Origin: Malacoraja senta
Lineage: Eukaryota
Length of the DNA: 64,000 nucleotides
NCBI GenBank assembly: GCA_038087875.1
Contig: CM075989.1
Coordinates: 22,570,001 to 22,634,000, forward strand
Reading direction: 5' to 3'
Of this stretch, positions 25,427 through 38,193 are shown piece by piece; the stretch's first letter is position 1; every line of letters begins with the position of its first letter. The notes beneath the pieces were generated by a model. The model was given only the letters and a program-made list of their open reading frames with translations, searched no databases and had not been told where the DNA came from. The position numbers and the translations under genes were made by a program.

Positions 25427-26130
25427 ACTTAGTTTCACTTCAGTTTAGAGATACAGCGCGGAAACAGGCGCTTTTCCCCAGCGACCAGCGATCCCCGCAC
25501 ACCAACACTATCCCAGACACACTAGAATCATAGAATCATAGAATGATACAGTATGGAAACAGGCCCTTCAGCCACAACTTGCCAACACCGACCATCATGT
25601 CCCAGCTACACTAGTCCCACCTGCCTGCGTTTGGTCCATATCTCTCCAACCCTGCCCTATCCATGTACCTGTCTAACTGTTTCTTAAACGTCTGGCAGCT
25701 TAGACAAAAATGCTGGAGAAACTCAGCGAGTGCAGCAGCATCTATGGAGTGAAGGAAATAGGCAACGTTTCGGGCCGAAACCCTTGTTCCATACACCCAC
25801 CACCCTTCTTGTGAAAAGGTTACCCGTCAGATTCCTCTTAAATCATTTCCCCATCACCTTAAACCTATGTCCTCTGGTCCTGGGCAAGAGAGTCTGTACA
25901 TCTACCTGATCTAGTCCTCTCCCTAGGGACAATTTACATTTATTACAAGCCAATTAACCTACTAACCTGTACGTCTTTGGAGTGTGGGAGGAAACCGGAG
26001 ATCCCAGAGAAAGCCCACGCAGGTCACGGGGAGAACGTACAAACTCGGTACAGACAGCACCCGCAGTCAGGCTCAAACCTGTGCCTCTGCGATGTAAGGC
26101 AATAACTCTACCGCTGCGCCACTGCGCCCC
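25427..26130 (-). mobile_element. V-SINE split by a CR1 3' fragment that itself carries a Penelope terminal unit
   Basis: SINE tail 25427-25525, CR1 25526-25920, Penelope unit about 25700-25785, SINE remainder 25921-26130. Confidence 0.75.
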
Positions 26131-26822
26131 CACTACTGTGATATATGATTCTGTAATTTTGCTTCTGAAACAAGTTTGGCATCAAAAATCATCTTTTGAA
26201 GATCAAAATGTCAGCTACTAGTTCAACAACAAAAGAGAAAATAGTTGAAGGCTTAAAATCTTGCACTCATTTAAAAAGATCTCACAGAGTTGAACTGTTC
26301 TCGAAAAAATGTCAACTGCTGCTGTAGTCATCTGCTGTATGTTCTAATGATGAGAGAAATGTTCTTGGAGGAAAATCTCTCAAGTCAAAACAAATGTTGC
26401 TGATGTGAAGCTTGTTGACACACTTATCTCCCATACCTCCTAATGATCCCATACAGCACTCGTATCCTCATAAGCAAACCTTCCCTTGCAGTCTTTCCAA
26501 CCTCTTCGCAGTTCACCTGCCAAAGTGTCAAAGCTAAATTGACGGGAAGAAATCCGTCAGACAATTTGAACTAGGGTTGCAATGCTGTCATCTTTCTATC
26601 AAAATAACTTTCACAAATTATATTCAGATGGAGCTCTTGGTTGTTATTAATTTTGCATATTACACAAAAGAAAATCTAATTATCCACTTTTTCCTATCAC
26701 TTTTTGTGCCAATAACACCCTCGTGTCCATACGGCAAGTTTCGAGGCAGGTAGAATACAAAGCAGTGAAGTAAGCCATTCAGCCCATCTGGTTTACCTCC
26801 CCTTTGACCCTGTCTATCAGTA

Positions 26823-27000
26823 GATAAAACACAAAATGCTGGAGTAACTCAGCAGGTCAGGCAGCATTTCTGAAGAAAAGGAATAGGTGACTGTTTTGAG
26901 TCGAGGCCCTTCTTCAGCTCCGAAGAAGGGTCTCGACTCAAAACGTCACCCATTCCTTTTGTCCAGAGATGCTACCTGACCCGTTGAGTTACTCCAGCAT
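26823..27000. mobile_element. Inverted pair of Penelope terminal units
   Basis: Axis CCCTTCTTCAGCTCCGAAGAAGGG near 26918. Confidence 0.8.
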
Positions 27001-27273
27001 TTGACAATAGACAATAGGTGCAGGAGTAGGCCATTTGGCCCTTTGAGCCAGCACCGCCATTCAATGTGAACATGGCTGATCATCCCCAATCAGTACCCCG
27101 TTCCTGCCTTCTCCCTATATCCCCTGACTCTGCTATTTTTAAGAGCCCTATCTAGCTCTCTCTTGAAAGCATCCAGAGAACCCGCCTCCACCGCCCTCTG
27201 AGGCAGAGAATTCCACAGACTCACCACTCTCTGTGAAAAAAAGTGCTTCCTGGTCTCAATTCTAAATGGCTTA
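27001..27273 (-). mobile_element. CR1 3' fragment
   Basis: KPFRIETRKHFFSQRVVSLWNSLPQ...GTGY. Confidence 0.88.
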
Positions 27274-28445
27274 AATAGACAATTGTGTCTATCTTTGGTG
27301 TAAACCAGCATTTGCAGTTCTTTCCTGCATATCATCCCTATCAATATATTCTTCAATTGATTTCCTCAGTATTTGTTGATGGAGTTCATCTGAAGTATGT
27401 CTGAACTATTCAGCTCAGAAGACATCTTCAGCAACATGTGCCAAATTTGAACCATTCTTCAGGTAAAGGTGTTTTGACCCAATTTCCCTGTTAGATTTAT
27501 TAATGACAACCTTATTAAATTTTGGGTTTCCCCCACAATGCCATGATGAAAAGAATGAACCTTTAACTTAATGATAACATTGTACATGTTCACCTACTCC
27601 ACCCATCTGTCCACCCAACTTACTCTACCCATCTGCTAATCCACCACCTTTCCCTTCACCTCTACCAACCTATCTCTTGCCCAGTTTTGAACCACCCAAT
27701 CTCTCTTTTCCAGCTTTCTCTCGCTTACTACAATCAGTCTGAAGGTGGATCCTGACCCGAAATGTTGCTTATCCGTTCCCTCGACAGATGCTGCCTAACC
27801 CACTGAGTTCCTTCAACATTTAGTGTGTTACTTGATAAAATCAGAAGACATGGGTTTGTGCCTGGGTTGAAGCATCTCCATCAAGCAGTTGGAAGTCAGT
27901 TATATCCTATGTAGAAAGTGGTGCTAAGCTAAAAATGGAAAAGCAGGCAATCAAATGTCACTGGTATTCAGCAGTTTTACAATCTCATCTCATGTTATGA
28001 TCTTCCTGAGAATAAAACTCAATAAAATGTATTACACAACATGATAGATAGTTTGAATCTCGCACGAAACGTTATTCCCTTTACCATGTATTTGTACACT
28101 GGACAGCTCAATTGTGATCATGTTTAGTCTTTCCGCTGACTGGTTAGCACGCAACAAAAGCTTTTTCCACTGTACCTCAGTACACATGACAATAAACTGA
28201 ACGCGACCAGGAAACAGTTAACTCATTGCTTTTACGAGTGTTGCTATTGTGTTTACACCACAAGTGCCCGTTCGATCTATTTTTTATTCAAAAAACAAAC
28301 ATAGGGATCTATGTGGCAGGAAGTGATGTCGTTCTTGCCTGCCACAGAATCGACATTTACAGTATCCACATTAACTTGTGAACTTCTGTGAAGTGTCGCT
28401 GCACTAATTTGAACATGGAACGAAAGTCGCAAACAGAATCCTTTG

Positions 28446-28668
28446 TAGACAAAAATGCTGTAGAAACTCAGCGGGTGAGGCAGCATCTATGGAGCGAAGG
28501 AATAGGTGACGTTTCTGGTCGAGACCCTTCTTCAAACTGATCTCGAGGGTCAAGACCCGAAACGTCGCCTATTCCTTCGCTCGATAGATGCTGCCTCACC
28601 CGTTGAGTTTCTACAGCATTTTAGTCTCCCTTCGATATTTCCAGCATCTGCAGTTCTTTCTCAAACAG
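28446..28668. mobile_element. Inverted pair of Penelope terminal units
   Basis: Arms share the GCTGTAGAAAC/GTTTCTACAGC variant not seen in most other copies. Confidence 0.8.
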
Positions 28669-29216
28669 AATCCTTTGGACTGTACCGTTGATTAGATTTT
28701 AATGGGAAAGTGCGAAAGCACAAAACAATACAGAAGAACTTTTTTAACCTTTCGGAAAATAATCACTCTCTCTCGAATAGCCGATTGCTAAGACACCAAA
28801 GGACTATTTAGTGCTTTAACCTCCAGCAGTATCTACATGCACAACTTTCGCTGAGATGTTTAAGTCACGGAATGAGGTCAAAATGAGGAGATAGTTTCAT
28901 GAATTGTGAGAATTATTGTTCCATGTGACTATTGCAGCCAGAAATCCAACATGCCAGGTTTTAATTATGAATCGTTTATCATATACAAATGGCTAAAAGT
29001 TAGCCTTGCATTCATTTGAAATCACAATATTCTTTGCTTACTGTCACCCTCTGAGCCCAGATACATTGTTTCTTTCAAATGCACATTAGCCGATGGACAA
29101 TCACATTTTCTCATACAGACTTTGAATGGAGCCCCATCAATGATATCTTTCCTTCTAACAACTTTCAATTTAGAAATAGTTTAAAGCATTTCACCCAACA
29201 GTACTTTATTTCTCCG

Positions 29217-29730
29217 GTTTAGTTTAGTGTAGAGTAACGGTGCGAAAAAAAGGCCCTTCGGCCCACCGTGTCCGTGCCGACCAGCACATTAACACTATCC
29301 TACACACACTAGAGACACAATTATACCATGCCAATTAACCTACAAACCTGTACGGCTTTGGAGTATGGGAGGAAATGGGAGGATTCGGAGTAGACCCACG
29401 CGGTCATGGGGAGAACGTACAAACTCCGTACAGACAAGCATCCGTAGTCAGGATCGAACCCAGATCACTGGCATTGTGAGGTAGCAACTCTATCGCTGCG
29501 CCACTGCACCACTGTGCCACCCCTTTCTTTGATTGATTGAAAGATTTGAAATAGGCCCTTCGGTCCATCGAGTCTACGCTGACCAGCGATCACAGGTTCA
29601 CACGAGTTCTATTGTCCCACCAGTTGCATTCACTCCCTGCACGCTAGGGGCAATTTACAGAGGCCAATTAATCTACAAATCCCTACGTCTTCGGGATTTG
29701 GGAGGAAACTGGAGCACCCGGAGGAAACCA
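29217..29730 (-). mobile_element. Two adjacent V-SINE copies
   Basis: Family similarity (29217-29522 and 29548-29730). Confidence 0.75.
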
Positions 29731-30249
29731 CCCACCTCCCCCCTGAAGTTCGGTCTGAAAAAGGGTCTCAACTCGAAACGTCACCTATTCCTTTTCTCCA
29801 GAGATGCTGCCTGACCCGCTGCTGCACTCCAGCATTTTGTGTCTATCTTTGCTCGTGTTCATTTTCTGCCTCTCGCAGCCTCAGGATGTCGTAAGGTTGT
29901 TCTCACGGTGTGAGTGTGGTCAACGGATGGGTTTTCCATTGATGGAGAACGGCAGCTTCATGTCTCACCACAACAGCTGGGGAATTGAACCATTCAAGTA
30001 GTTAACTAAATGTGGAATATCAAGCCAGCATCTGTAACACTACCAGGGAACTACTGAATTACTGTAAAATCCCATCTGGCTTACAAATGTCTTCTGAGAA
30101 AGGAAATGTGGTATTCCTTCCTGCCCGGTCCACCACGTAAGTCTTGGTTCACCAAAGTGGTTGCTCCAAAGTGATGAAGGATGTGCAGTGTGTGTGACAG
30201 GAATGGTGAACAAATGCTGGTGACATCTACATCCTGTGGAAGATAAAGG

Positions 30250-30415
30250 AACAAGTACTTCTGGCATGTTGTCATTATGGGGAATAACAACAAAGGCAAT
30301 TTACAATTGGCAAAGTCCCACAAATAGAAACACAATATGGCAATGATCAGAATTGTTTTACTACAGTGAGAAAAGTCAAGGGACAAAGATTTGCCAGGAT
30401 ACCACAGCTCTTTGA
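30250..30415 (-). mobile_element. Highly degraded Deu-domain SINE fragment
   Basis: AAGTACTT...CCCACAAATAG...AATGATCAGA...GGGACAAAGATTTGCCAGGATACC resembles the reverse complement of 14430-14580. Confidence 0.45.
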
Positions 30416-30722
30416 TATTAGGATCAGGACCAGCTGAATTTGGTCACGATTACTGTATCACTGAGATCCCTGGTACATCCTCCCCTTCCCATGTTCAGCC
30501 ATGTTTCCTATGACAGAAGACTCTCAATGCCAAGTTTTTGGTCCTCACCAGGGTTACCATCTCCTCCTTAAGCCCCGGTGGCCTTTTACCTGTCAAAGAC
30601 TTCCTGCTGCACAGAGGTGGTGGCAAAGCTGGAGAAATGCTATCAGCATTAAAAAATATCCAATGACCTGGCCTCCACTGCCGTCTGTGGCAATTAATTC
30701 TACAGTTTCACCACCTCTGACT

Positions 30723-30776
30723 GGGGTGGGAGATTGCAACATTCACGTGGTCCGCCCTGTTTCGACTAATGCAATC
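30723..30776 (+). ncRNA. Minimal (P4-less) HDV-like ribozyme motif, 54 nt
   Basis: GGGGTGG-GA-GATTGCA-ACA-TTCACGT-GGT-CCGCCCT-G-TTTCGA-CTAA-TGCAATC: P1 7 bp with G1.U, P2 7 bp, P3 with one mismatch, putative catalytic C at 30766. Confidence 0.85.
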
Positions 30777-30865
30777 AACCTGGCGTGCACAATCAAATAA
30801 GATCAAATAGAACAAGTTGTCCGACAACCTTAGGCTGTGCACGCCACACGCAAGAAGAAGAAGAA
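30723..30865 (+). mobile_element. 143-bp non-autonomous retroposon (Vingi/Ingi-like) with 5' minimal HDV-like ribozyme
   Basis: TSD CACCTCTGACT / CACTTCTGACT (30712-30722, 30866-30876) inside a CR1; 3' end GGCTGTGCACGCCACACGC(AAG)4AA. Confidence 0.85.
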
Positions 30866-31065
30866 CACTTCTGACTAAAGAAATTCCTCATTACTTCCAT
30901 TCTAAAAGTACATCCTTTTATTTTGAGGCTGTTCCCTCCTGTATTAGACTCTCCTATTCCTGAAAACATTATTTCCACTTCCACTGCATCTACGAGACCT
31001 TTCATGATGCAACCATTGCCATCCCATCAAACTATGGACCACAAATCAACATTCTGCCTGCTATA

Positions 31066-31270
31066 TACACACACAGACACATACACATGCACATGCACAC
31101 GCACGCACGAACTCACACACACACGCACGAACTCACACACGCACGCACAAACTCACACACGCACGCACGAACTCACACACGCACGCACGAACTCACACAC
31201 ACACGCACGAACTCACACACGCACGCACAAACTCACACACACACGCACGAACTCACACACACACACACAC
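31066..31270. repeat. 20-bp minisatellite (RCACGCACRAACTCACACAC)n built on (CA)n
   Basis: About 8 tandem units visible. Confidence 0.9.
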
Positions 31271-31514
31271 AGATATCTACAAACACAGACACATTGCACT
31301 CTCTGATAAGGTTTTAGAATTGCTAACCAACATTAAAATGAATTTGTAATTACATCTTAGCTGTACAAAATAAAATTTTCTACTGTTTTTATGAAGATGC
31401 AAATGAAATCAATCAAAGGAAGATCGTGCAAACTCCACGCGGACAGCGCCTGAGGTCAGGATCATACCACATCTCTGGCATTGTGAGGCAGCAGCTCCAC
31501 CAGCTATGCACCAT

Positions 31515-32000
31515 GTTCACAGGTTCACAAGTTATAGGAGTAGAATTAGGCCATTCGGCCCATTAAATCTACTCCGCCATTCAATCTTGGCTGATCTCTG
31601 CCTCCTAATCCCATAACCTTTGACACCCGTTCTAGTCAAGAATTTGTCTATCTCTGTCTTAAATGTATCCACTGACAGCCTCCGCAGCCCTCTGTGGCAA
31701 TGAGTTCCATAGGTTAACTACCCTCTGACTAAAGAAGTTCCTCCTCACCTCCTTTCTAAAAGAGCGCACTTTAATTCTGAGGCTATGGCCACTGGTCCTA
31801 GACTCTCCCACCATCCACTCTCTCCACATCCACTCTATCTAAGCTCCTCAATCTTCTAAACTCCATGAGTAGTGGCCCAGTGCTGTCAAGCGCTCATCAT
31901 ATGCTAACCCACTCATTCCTGGAATCATTCTTGTAAACCTCGCCTGGACCCTCTCCGGACCCAACACATCCTTCCTCAGATATGGGGTCTATGCTGTCCA
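31515..32000 (-). mobile_element. CR1 3' fragment
   Basis: CR1 3'UTR and ORF2 tail. Confidence 0.75.
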
Positions 32001-32029
32001 TGATTATGATCTACTGATTTTTCATTCCA

Positions 32030-32341
32030 TTTAGTCTCCCCTTTTAGATACACCATGGAAACAGGCCCTTCGGCCCACTGAGTCCGCAACGACCAGCGAT
32101 CCCCGCACTCTAGCACTATCTTAAGCACGATATGAACAATATTACATTTACACCAAGCCAATTAACCTACAAACCTGTACGTCTTTGGAGTGTGGGAGGA
32201 AACCGGAGATCCTGGAGAAAACCCACGCAGGTCACGGGGAGAAAGTACAAACTCCGTACAGGCAGCACCCGTAGTCGGGATCGAACCCGGGTCTCTGGCG
32301 CTGTGAGGCAGCAACTCTACCGTTGCGCCACCGTGCCGCCA
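32030..32341 (-). mobile_element. V-SINE, full length
   Basis: Family similarity. Confidence 0.88.
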
Positions 32342-32957
32342 TCTTCTATGAGCTGAAGATTGTTAGGAGGGATCAGAAAGCATTCTTGTCCCCATCATAA
32401 GAGTCTGACTCCGGCAATTTGAGGTTTGTAAGAAGCTGTTGGGTCGCCCAGCTGTGTTTGTGCCCAAAATACACTTTTGTTAACATCACTTCAAAGGGCT
32501 GAGAGACACCTCTGCTTGCTGCGCGCTATCTAACAAGTTTTACTTACCAAGTGCACAATCATGACAGATTCACTTAATATTAATGAGCTGGCTGTCAGGA
32601 GACCAAGTTAACCGTATGGGACCGCCATCCTCATATGAAGGGAAGTCTACCGCCGTTTTACAACGAGAGTTGCAGTGTCTCACAGATGGAAGTGTCGCAC
32701 CTGGACGTCCTGTCAAGTTGACAGGTTTCTCTATTGGGAAGTAATGCCTTTTGATCTACTCTTGCTCCAACTTGGCTTTTTAAGCAATTGGATTGGAAAC
32801 CGGGACCTTATCTCACAAGGTGTTTTTTTGTTGTTTTTTTTGCTTAGTCGATACCTAATTGCCAGGCAGCTAATGTGCTGTGGTGCACGAAGCCACTTCA
32901 TGAATAATCTGATTTTACTCTCTCTGGTCTGTGTTTGAAACGACAGCATTTTCAAGA

Positions 32958-33175
32958 TGTGTCGGAAGGAACTGCAGATGCTGGTTTAAGATCGACACAA
33001 AAAGCTGGAGTCACTCAGCGGGTCAGGCAGCATCTCTGGAGGAAAGGAATAGATAACGTTTCGGTTCGAGTCCCTTCATCAGGATCTGAAGAAGGGTCTC
33101 GACCTGAAACATCACCTATTCCTTTTCGCCAGAGATGCTGCCTGACCCGCGGAGTGACTCCAGCTTTGTGTCTAT
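32958..33175. mobile_element. Inverted pair of Penelope terminal units
   Basis: Hammerhead core on both strands around 33055-33115; both arms share the GAGTCACTC variant. Confidence 0.8.
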
Positions 33176-33813
33176 TGGCTTTTTCAAGAGTTCATTTTTG
33201 TCCAGAAACAGGTTTTGTACATAATCCACTGTAATTAACCTTCTCTATCATTTGCCTTAAACCTTTGTTGATTTTGCTATTGCAAGTTAATTTAATTCAT
33301 CACATATAGCAGAGACATGTGATGCCTGAACGTGTTACTTTCCCTCAAAGAATAGGAAAATAAGTAGAAATCACGACATCTGTTATTGTTTAGAAGCCAG
33401 AACTATAACGTTATTATTCAACTCTGGCAGCCCTAAACTTAGTTTGGTTGAATCATTAAGTAACAGAGTCATACATCATGGAAACAAGCCCTTTGACCAA
33501 CTTTCCCATGACAACCAAGATGTCCCATCTACATCAGTTACACCTGCCTTATTCCTTCAAACTTTCCTATCCATGTAACTGCCCAAATATCTTTTAAATG
33601 TAGATATACTACCTGCTTCTGCTACCTCCTCTGGCAGCTCATGCTTCTCCAGCATCTATTTCCCTCGTGATCTTATACACTGCTCTAAGTTCCATCCTCA
33701 CCCTCCTGCATCCCAAGGAATAAAGCCCAGGCCTGCCCAACCTCTCCCGCTAGCCCAGGTCCTCAAGTGCTGGACACATCTTCATAAATCTTCTCTGCAC
33801 TCTCACCAGCGTA

Positions 33814-35037
33814 ACATAGAAACATAGAAACATAGAAAATAGGTGCAGGAGTAGGCCATTCGGCCCTTCGAGCCTGCACCGCCATTTGATATGATCATGT
33901 CTGATCATCCAACTCAGTATCCCATCCCTGCCTTCTCTCCATACCCCCTGATCCCTTTAGCCACAAGGGCCACATCTAACTCCCTCTTAAATATAGCCAA
34001 TGAACTGGCCTCAACTACCTTCTGTGGCAGAGAATTCCAGAGATTCACCACTCTCTGTGTAAAAAATGATTTCCTCATCTCGGTCCTAAAAGTCTTCCCT
34101 CTTATCCTTAAACTGTGACCCCTAGTTCTGGACTTCCCCAACATCGGAAATAATCTTCCTGCATCTAGCCTGTCCAACCCCTTAAGAATTTTGTAAGTTT
34201 CTATAAGATCCCCCCTCAGTCTTCTGAATTCCAACGTGTACAAGCCGAGTCTATCCAGTCTTTCCTCATATGAAAGTCCTGCCATCCCAGGAATCAGTCT
34301 GGTGAACCTTCTCTGTACTCCTTCTATGGCAAGAATGTCTTTCCTCAGATTAGGAGACCAAAACTGTATGCAATATTCCAGGTGTGGTCTCACCAAGACC
34401 CTGTACAACTGCAGTAGAACCTCCCTGCTCTTATACTCAAATCCTTTTGCTATGAATGCTAACATACCATTTGGTTTCTTCACTGCCTGCTGCACCTGCA
34501 TTTCTACTTTCAATGACTGGTGTACCATGACACCCAGGTCTCGTTGCATCTCCCCTTTTCCTAATCGGCCACCATTCAGATAATAGTCTACTTTCCTGTT
34601 TTTGCCACCAAAGTGGATAACCTCACATTTATCCACATTATACTGCATCTGCCATGCCTTTGCCCACTCACCCAACCTATCCAAGTCACCTTGCAGCCTC
34701 CTAGCATCCTCCTCACAGCTAACACTGCCCCCCAGCTTCGTGTCATCCGCAAACTTGGAGATGTTGCATTCAATTCCCTCATCCAGATCATTAATATATA
34801 TTGTAAATAGCTGCGGTCCCAGCACTGAGCATTACGGTACCCCACTAGTCACACTGCCTGCCATTCTGAAAAGGACCCGTTTACTCCTACACTTTGCTTC
34901 CTGTCTGCCAGCCAGTTCTCTATCCACATCAATACTGAACCCCCAATACCATGTGCTTTAAGTTTGTATACTAATCTCTTATGTGGGACCTTGTCGAAAG
35001 CCTTCTGAAAGTCCAGATACAACACATCCACTGGTTC
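33814..35037 (-). mobile_element. 5'-truncated CR1 LINE, reverse transcriptase region of ORF2, frameshifted near 34850
   Basis: [37 protein letters not shown] motifs; 303-aa open stretch 33914-34825; (TTTCTATG)n tail. Confidence 0.95.
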
Positions 35038-35714
35038 TATAGATATATAGTTCTATAGAAAGTCCAGATATAACAACATCCTTCCTCTAGCTGGGTGACC
35101 AAAACTGAACACAACACTGTAAACAAAAGGGAATAAAATGTTGATATCTTCCAGGGTACTGACCCTTTGAGTTACTCCAGCACTTTGTGTCTATCTCCTT
35201 TCATGTTGAGTTCATCTTGTAATTTTGTAAAACAAAGTAATACAGATTTATAGACATATTTCTTTGAATGATTCCAATAAGGCCATAAGATATAGGAGCA
35301 GAATTAGGCCATTCAGCCCATCGAGTCTACCAGTCGATCATGGCTGATCTCTCATCCCCATTCTCCTGCCTTCTCCCCGTGACTTTTGATGCCCTTCCAA
35401 AACAAGAACTTTAAATAGACAATAGGTACAGGAGTAGGCCATTCGGCCCTTCAACCATTCAATGTGATCATGGCTTTAAAAATACCCATTGTCATGGCCT
35501 CCACAACCGCCTGTGGCAATGAATTCCACAGATTCACCACTTGCTGGCTAAAGAAATTCCTCCTCATCTTCATTCTGAATTAAGGCAAAATATGCGTGCA
35601 GACATAAGGACTTTCATATGCTTATTTAAAAAAAAAAATGTGCAGGGATCACTCAGCAGGTCAGGCAACATCTATATATCATTTGGGAGATTTAGACCTT
35701 AGACATTAGATTCC

Positions 35715-36003
35715 CGAGATACAGCACGGAAAAAGGCCCTTCCGCCCACCCAGTCCATGCCAACCAGCAATCCCCGGACACTACTCTCCTTACTACTAGG
35801 GACAAATTACAATTCTACAGAAGCCAATTAACCTACAACCATGTATGTCCTTGAAATGTGGGACAAAACTGGAGCATCTGGAGAACCCCCACACAGTTAC
35901 AGGGAGAAGGTACAAACTCTGTCCAGACAGCACCCGTAGTCAGGATCGAACCCGGGTCTCTGGCGCTGCAAGGCAGCAACTCTACCGCTGTGCCACCGTG
36001 CTG
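35715..36003 (-). mobile_element. V-SINE
   Basis: Family similarity. Confidence 0.8.
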
Positions 36004-37964
36004 CAGTGTTTTAATTCCTGTTAAGAACATTTTATCCAGAAAAGAATTTTTAAATGGCTTGTTACTTCCCACATACAAAGTCTTTTTCTTAAACTTAATT
36101 GTGCACTTTTGAATACGTTTTTTTTTTCAGGAATACAGTTTTATAAAATGCTGCCCGATCGTACAATCTGAAGGGCAAAGTTAGTGATTGAGCCAAATTA
36201 TCAAAATGTTATGTCATGATAGCACAGCTGTAATAGCAGAAATTAATATATTAAAAGTTAAGAGGAGCAATCTCGCCAATTTTTGTTGAACAACAATAGA
36301 TGGAGAGAATGTACGTGCAGTATGGAGTGAACAAGTAAGTATGAAGTAGGGTTTTTAATTTTTTATTATTTATTTATTTATTTTTGAAATTATTTTTTAT
36401 TGGAGGTAGATACATATCATATTAAAATCGATACCAGTCTTACATTTTTAAATTACTAATATCGTCCATTATTATTACAATGTCTCCAATACTTTTTTTC
36501 TTTTTTTTAAACTAAATAGAACTAAAAAGATATAGATGAAATAAAGAAAGAAAGAGAAAAAAGAGATGAAACAAAACCAAAAAAATAAATTAAAAAAAAA
36601 TAATAAAAAAAAAGATAATAAAGAAGATGGAATAATTTACTACGATAAAAAACTTCATTCGAGATATATTCGTACATTTCAGAGTATAACATTTCATCTA
36701 TTCCTTGGCACGGGTGATGAAGTAGTTTTTAAGAAGGAACTGCAGATACTGGAAAATCGAAGGTAGACAAATATGCTGGAGAAACTCAGCAGGTGAGGCA
36801 GCATCTATGGAGCGAAGGAATAGGTGACGTTTACCCAATCACCCAAGGGGTAGTAAGATATGCAGCCAAGATTGGGATAAAGTAACAAAAACAAAACAAA
36901 CACTTTATTTTCTTCGCTCCAGACATAATGAGTGTCCCCATGTCCCTTGATTCTGTTAGCCCCAAGAGCAATATCTAACCCTCTCCTGAATACATCTTGC
37001 ATACATCTCTTGAAATGATCATTTGTTAGCTGAGGTAGACAAAAACACTGGAGAAACTCAGCATGTGAGGCAGCATCTATGGAGCGATGCCTCACCCGCT
37101 GAGTTTCTCCAGCATTTTTGTCTACCTAAGTTTGAAGTAGATTGTTTTCATATCAGGTGACCCTATGGCATTAAAGATCCAGATAAATATACATGTTCCA
37201 GTTAGTCATTACCTCTAGTATGTATATGCTTTTATTTTATAATTGCTGTCTCTGATTCTTCTGACTGCACAGTAGTAGTCCTCGTAAAAAAAAAAAAAAA
37301 AGCAAAACCGGGGAAGGAGGTTGAAGACTTAATCAGCTCTGTTAATTGGAGTTTTAAAATGGTGTTCAGTCAATTAAGCCTTTCTTTGTTCTTACCCCAT
37401 AAAGTAAATAACTAATTAATAGCCATCACTCAGTTGTATATCACCGCACACTTAGAATGCATAAAATGGTGCACACAAAAAAGCATCCTAGTTGCTGGTC
37501 TGCACTCTGTGGAATTGATGTTCAAAATCACGAAACAACCTTACTGTGGTTGTGTCTTTCCATTCCAGCAGGACAGAGGTGTGAAGCTGGTTATTTTGTT
37601 ATGCATATATGTTAAGCATTTATCAACAAATACTGGCGATAGCAATTATCAGAGTGTTCCACGTTAATATACTTTGCACGTGAAACTAATATGCCTATTA
37701 TACATGTATAAAAACATGAGTCACAACACAAACCGCTCCACCCTGCCCACCCTCCCACTGCCTGGGAACCTACAATGAAGGTGAAGACTTTAGCTCTGGA
37801 TATCTAACAGACCAGTAAAAATCCCCCCTTCCTTCCCTCGGCATCACTCCACCGCATCGCTCTCACAACCAGACATCTTCAAGATTTGGAATCGCTGTAG
37901 GTTCCTTAAAATGAGGAGATGACCTTTTTGGAGATGTGATCATCTGGCCCATAACTGCTGCCAA

Positions 37965-38193
37965 GGGTGGCACAGGGGCACAGCTGGTCGAGCTGCCGCC
38001 TAACAGCTCCAGAGATCCAGGTTCGATCCTGACCGCGGGTGCTGTCTGTGTGGAGTTTGCAGGTCCTCCGTGTGACCCCAATTTGGTTCCTCCGGTTTAA
38101 GCCCTCATCTCAAAGACGGGAAGGTTTGTAGGTTAATTTGCCATTTGTAAATTGCCTCTACTCTGTAGAGAGTGGATAGGAAATTTGGATATC
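37965..38193 (+). mobile_element. Diverged V-SINE
   Basis: A/B boxes and core. Confidence 0.75.

Noticed and set aside
31066..31270. Regular repeat array with Thr/His-rich ORFs
   Set aside because: Simple (CA)n-derived minisatellite with no unique spacers; neither CRISPR nor coding
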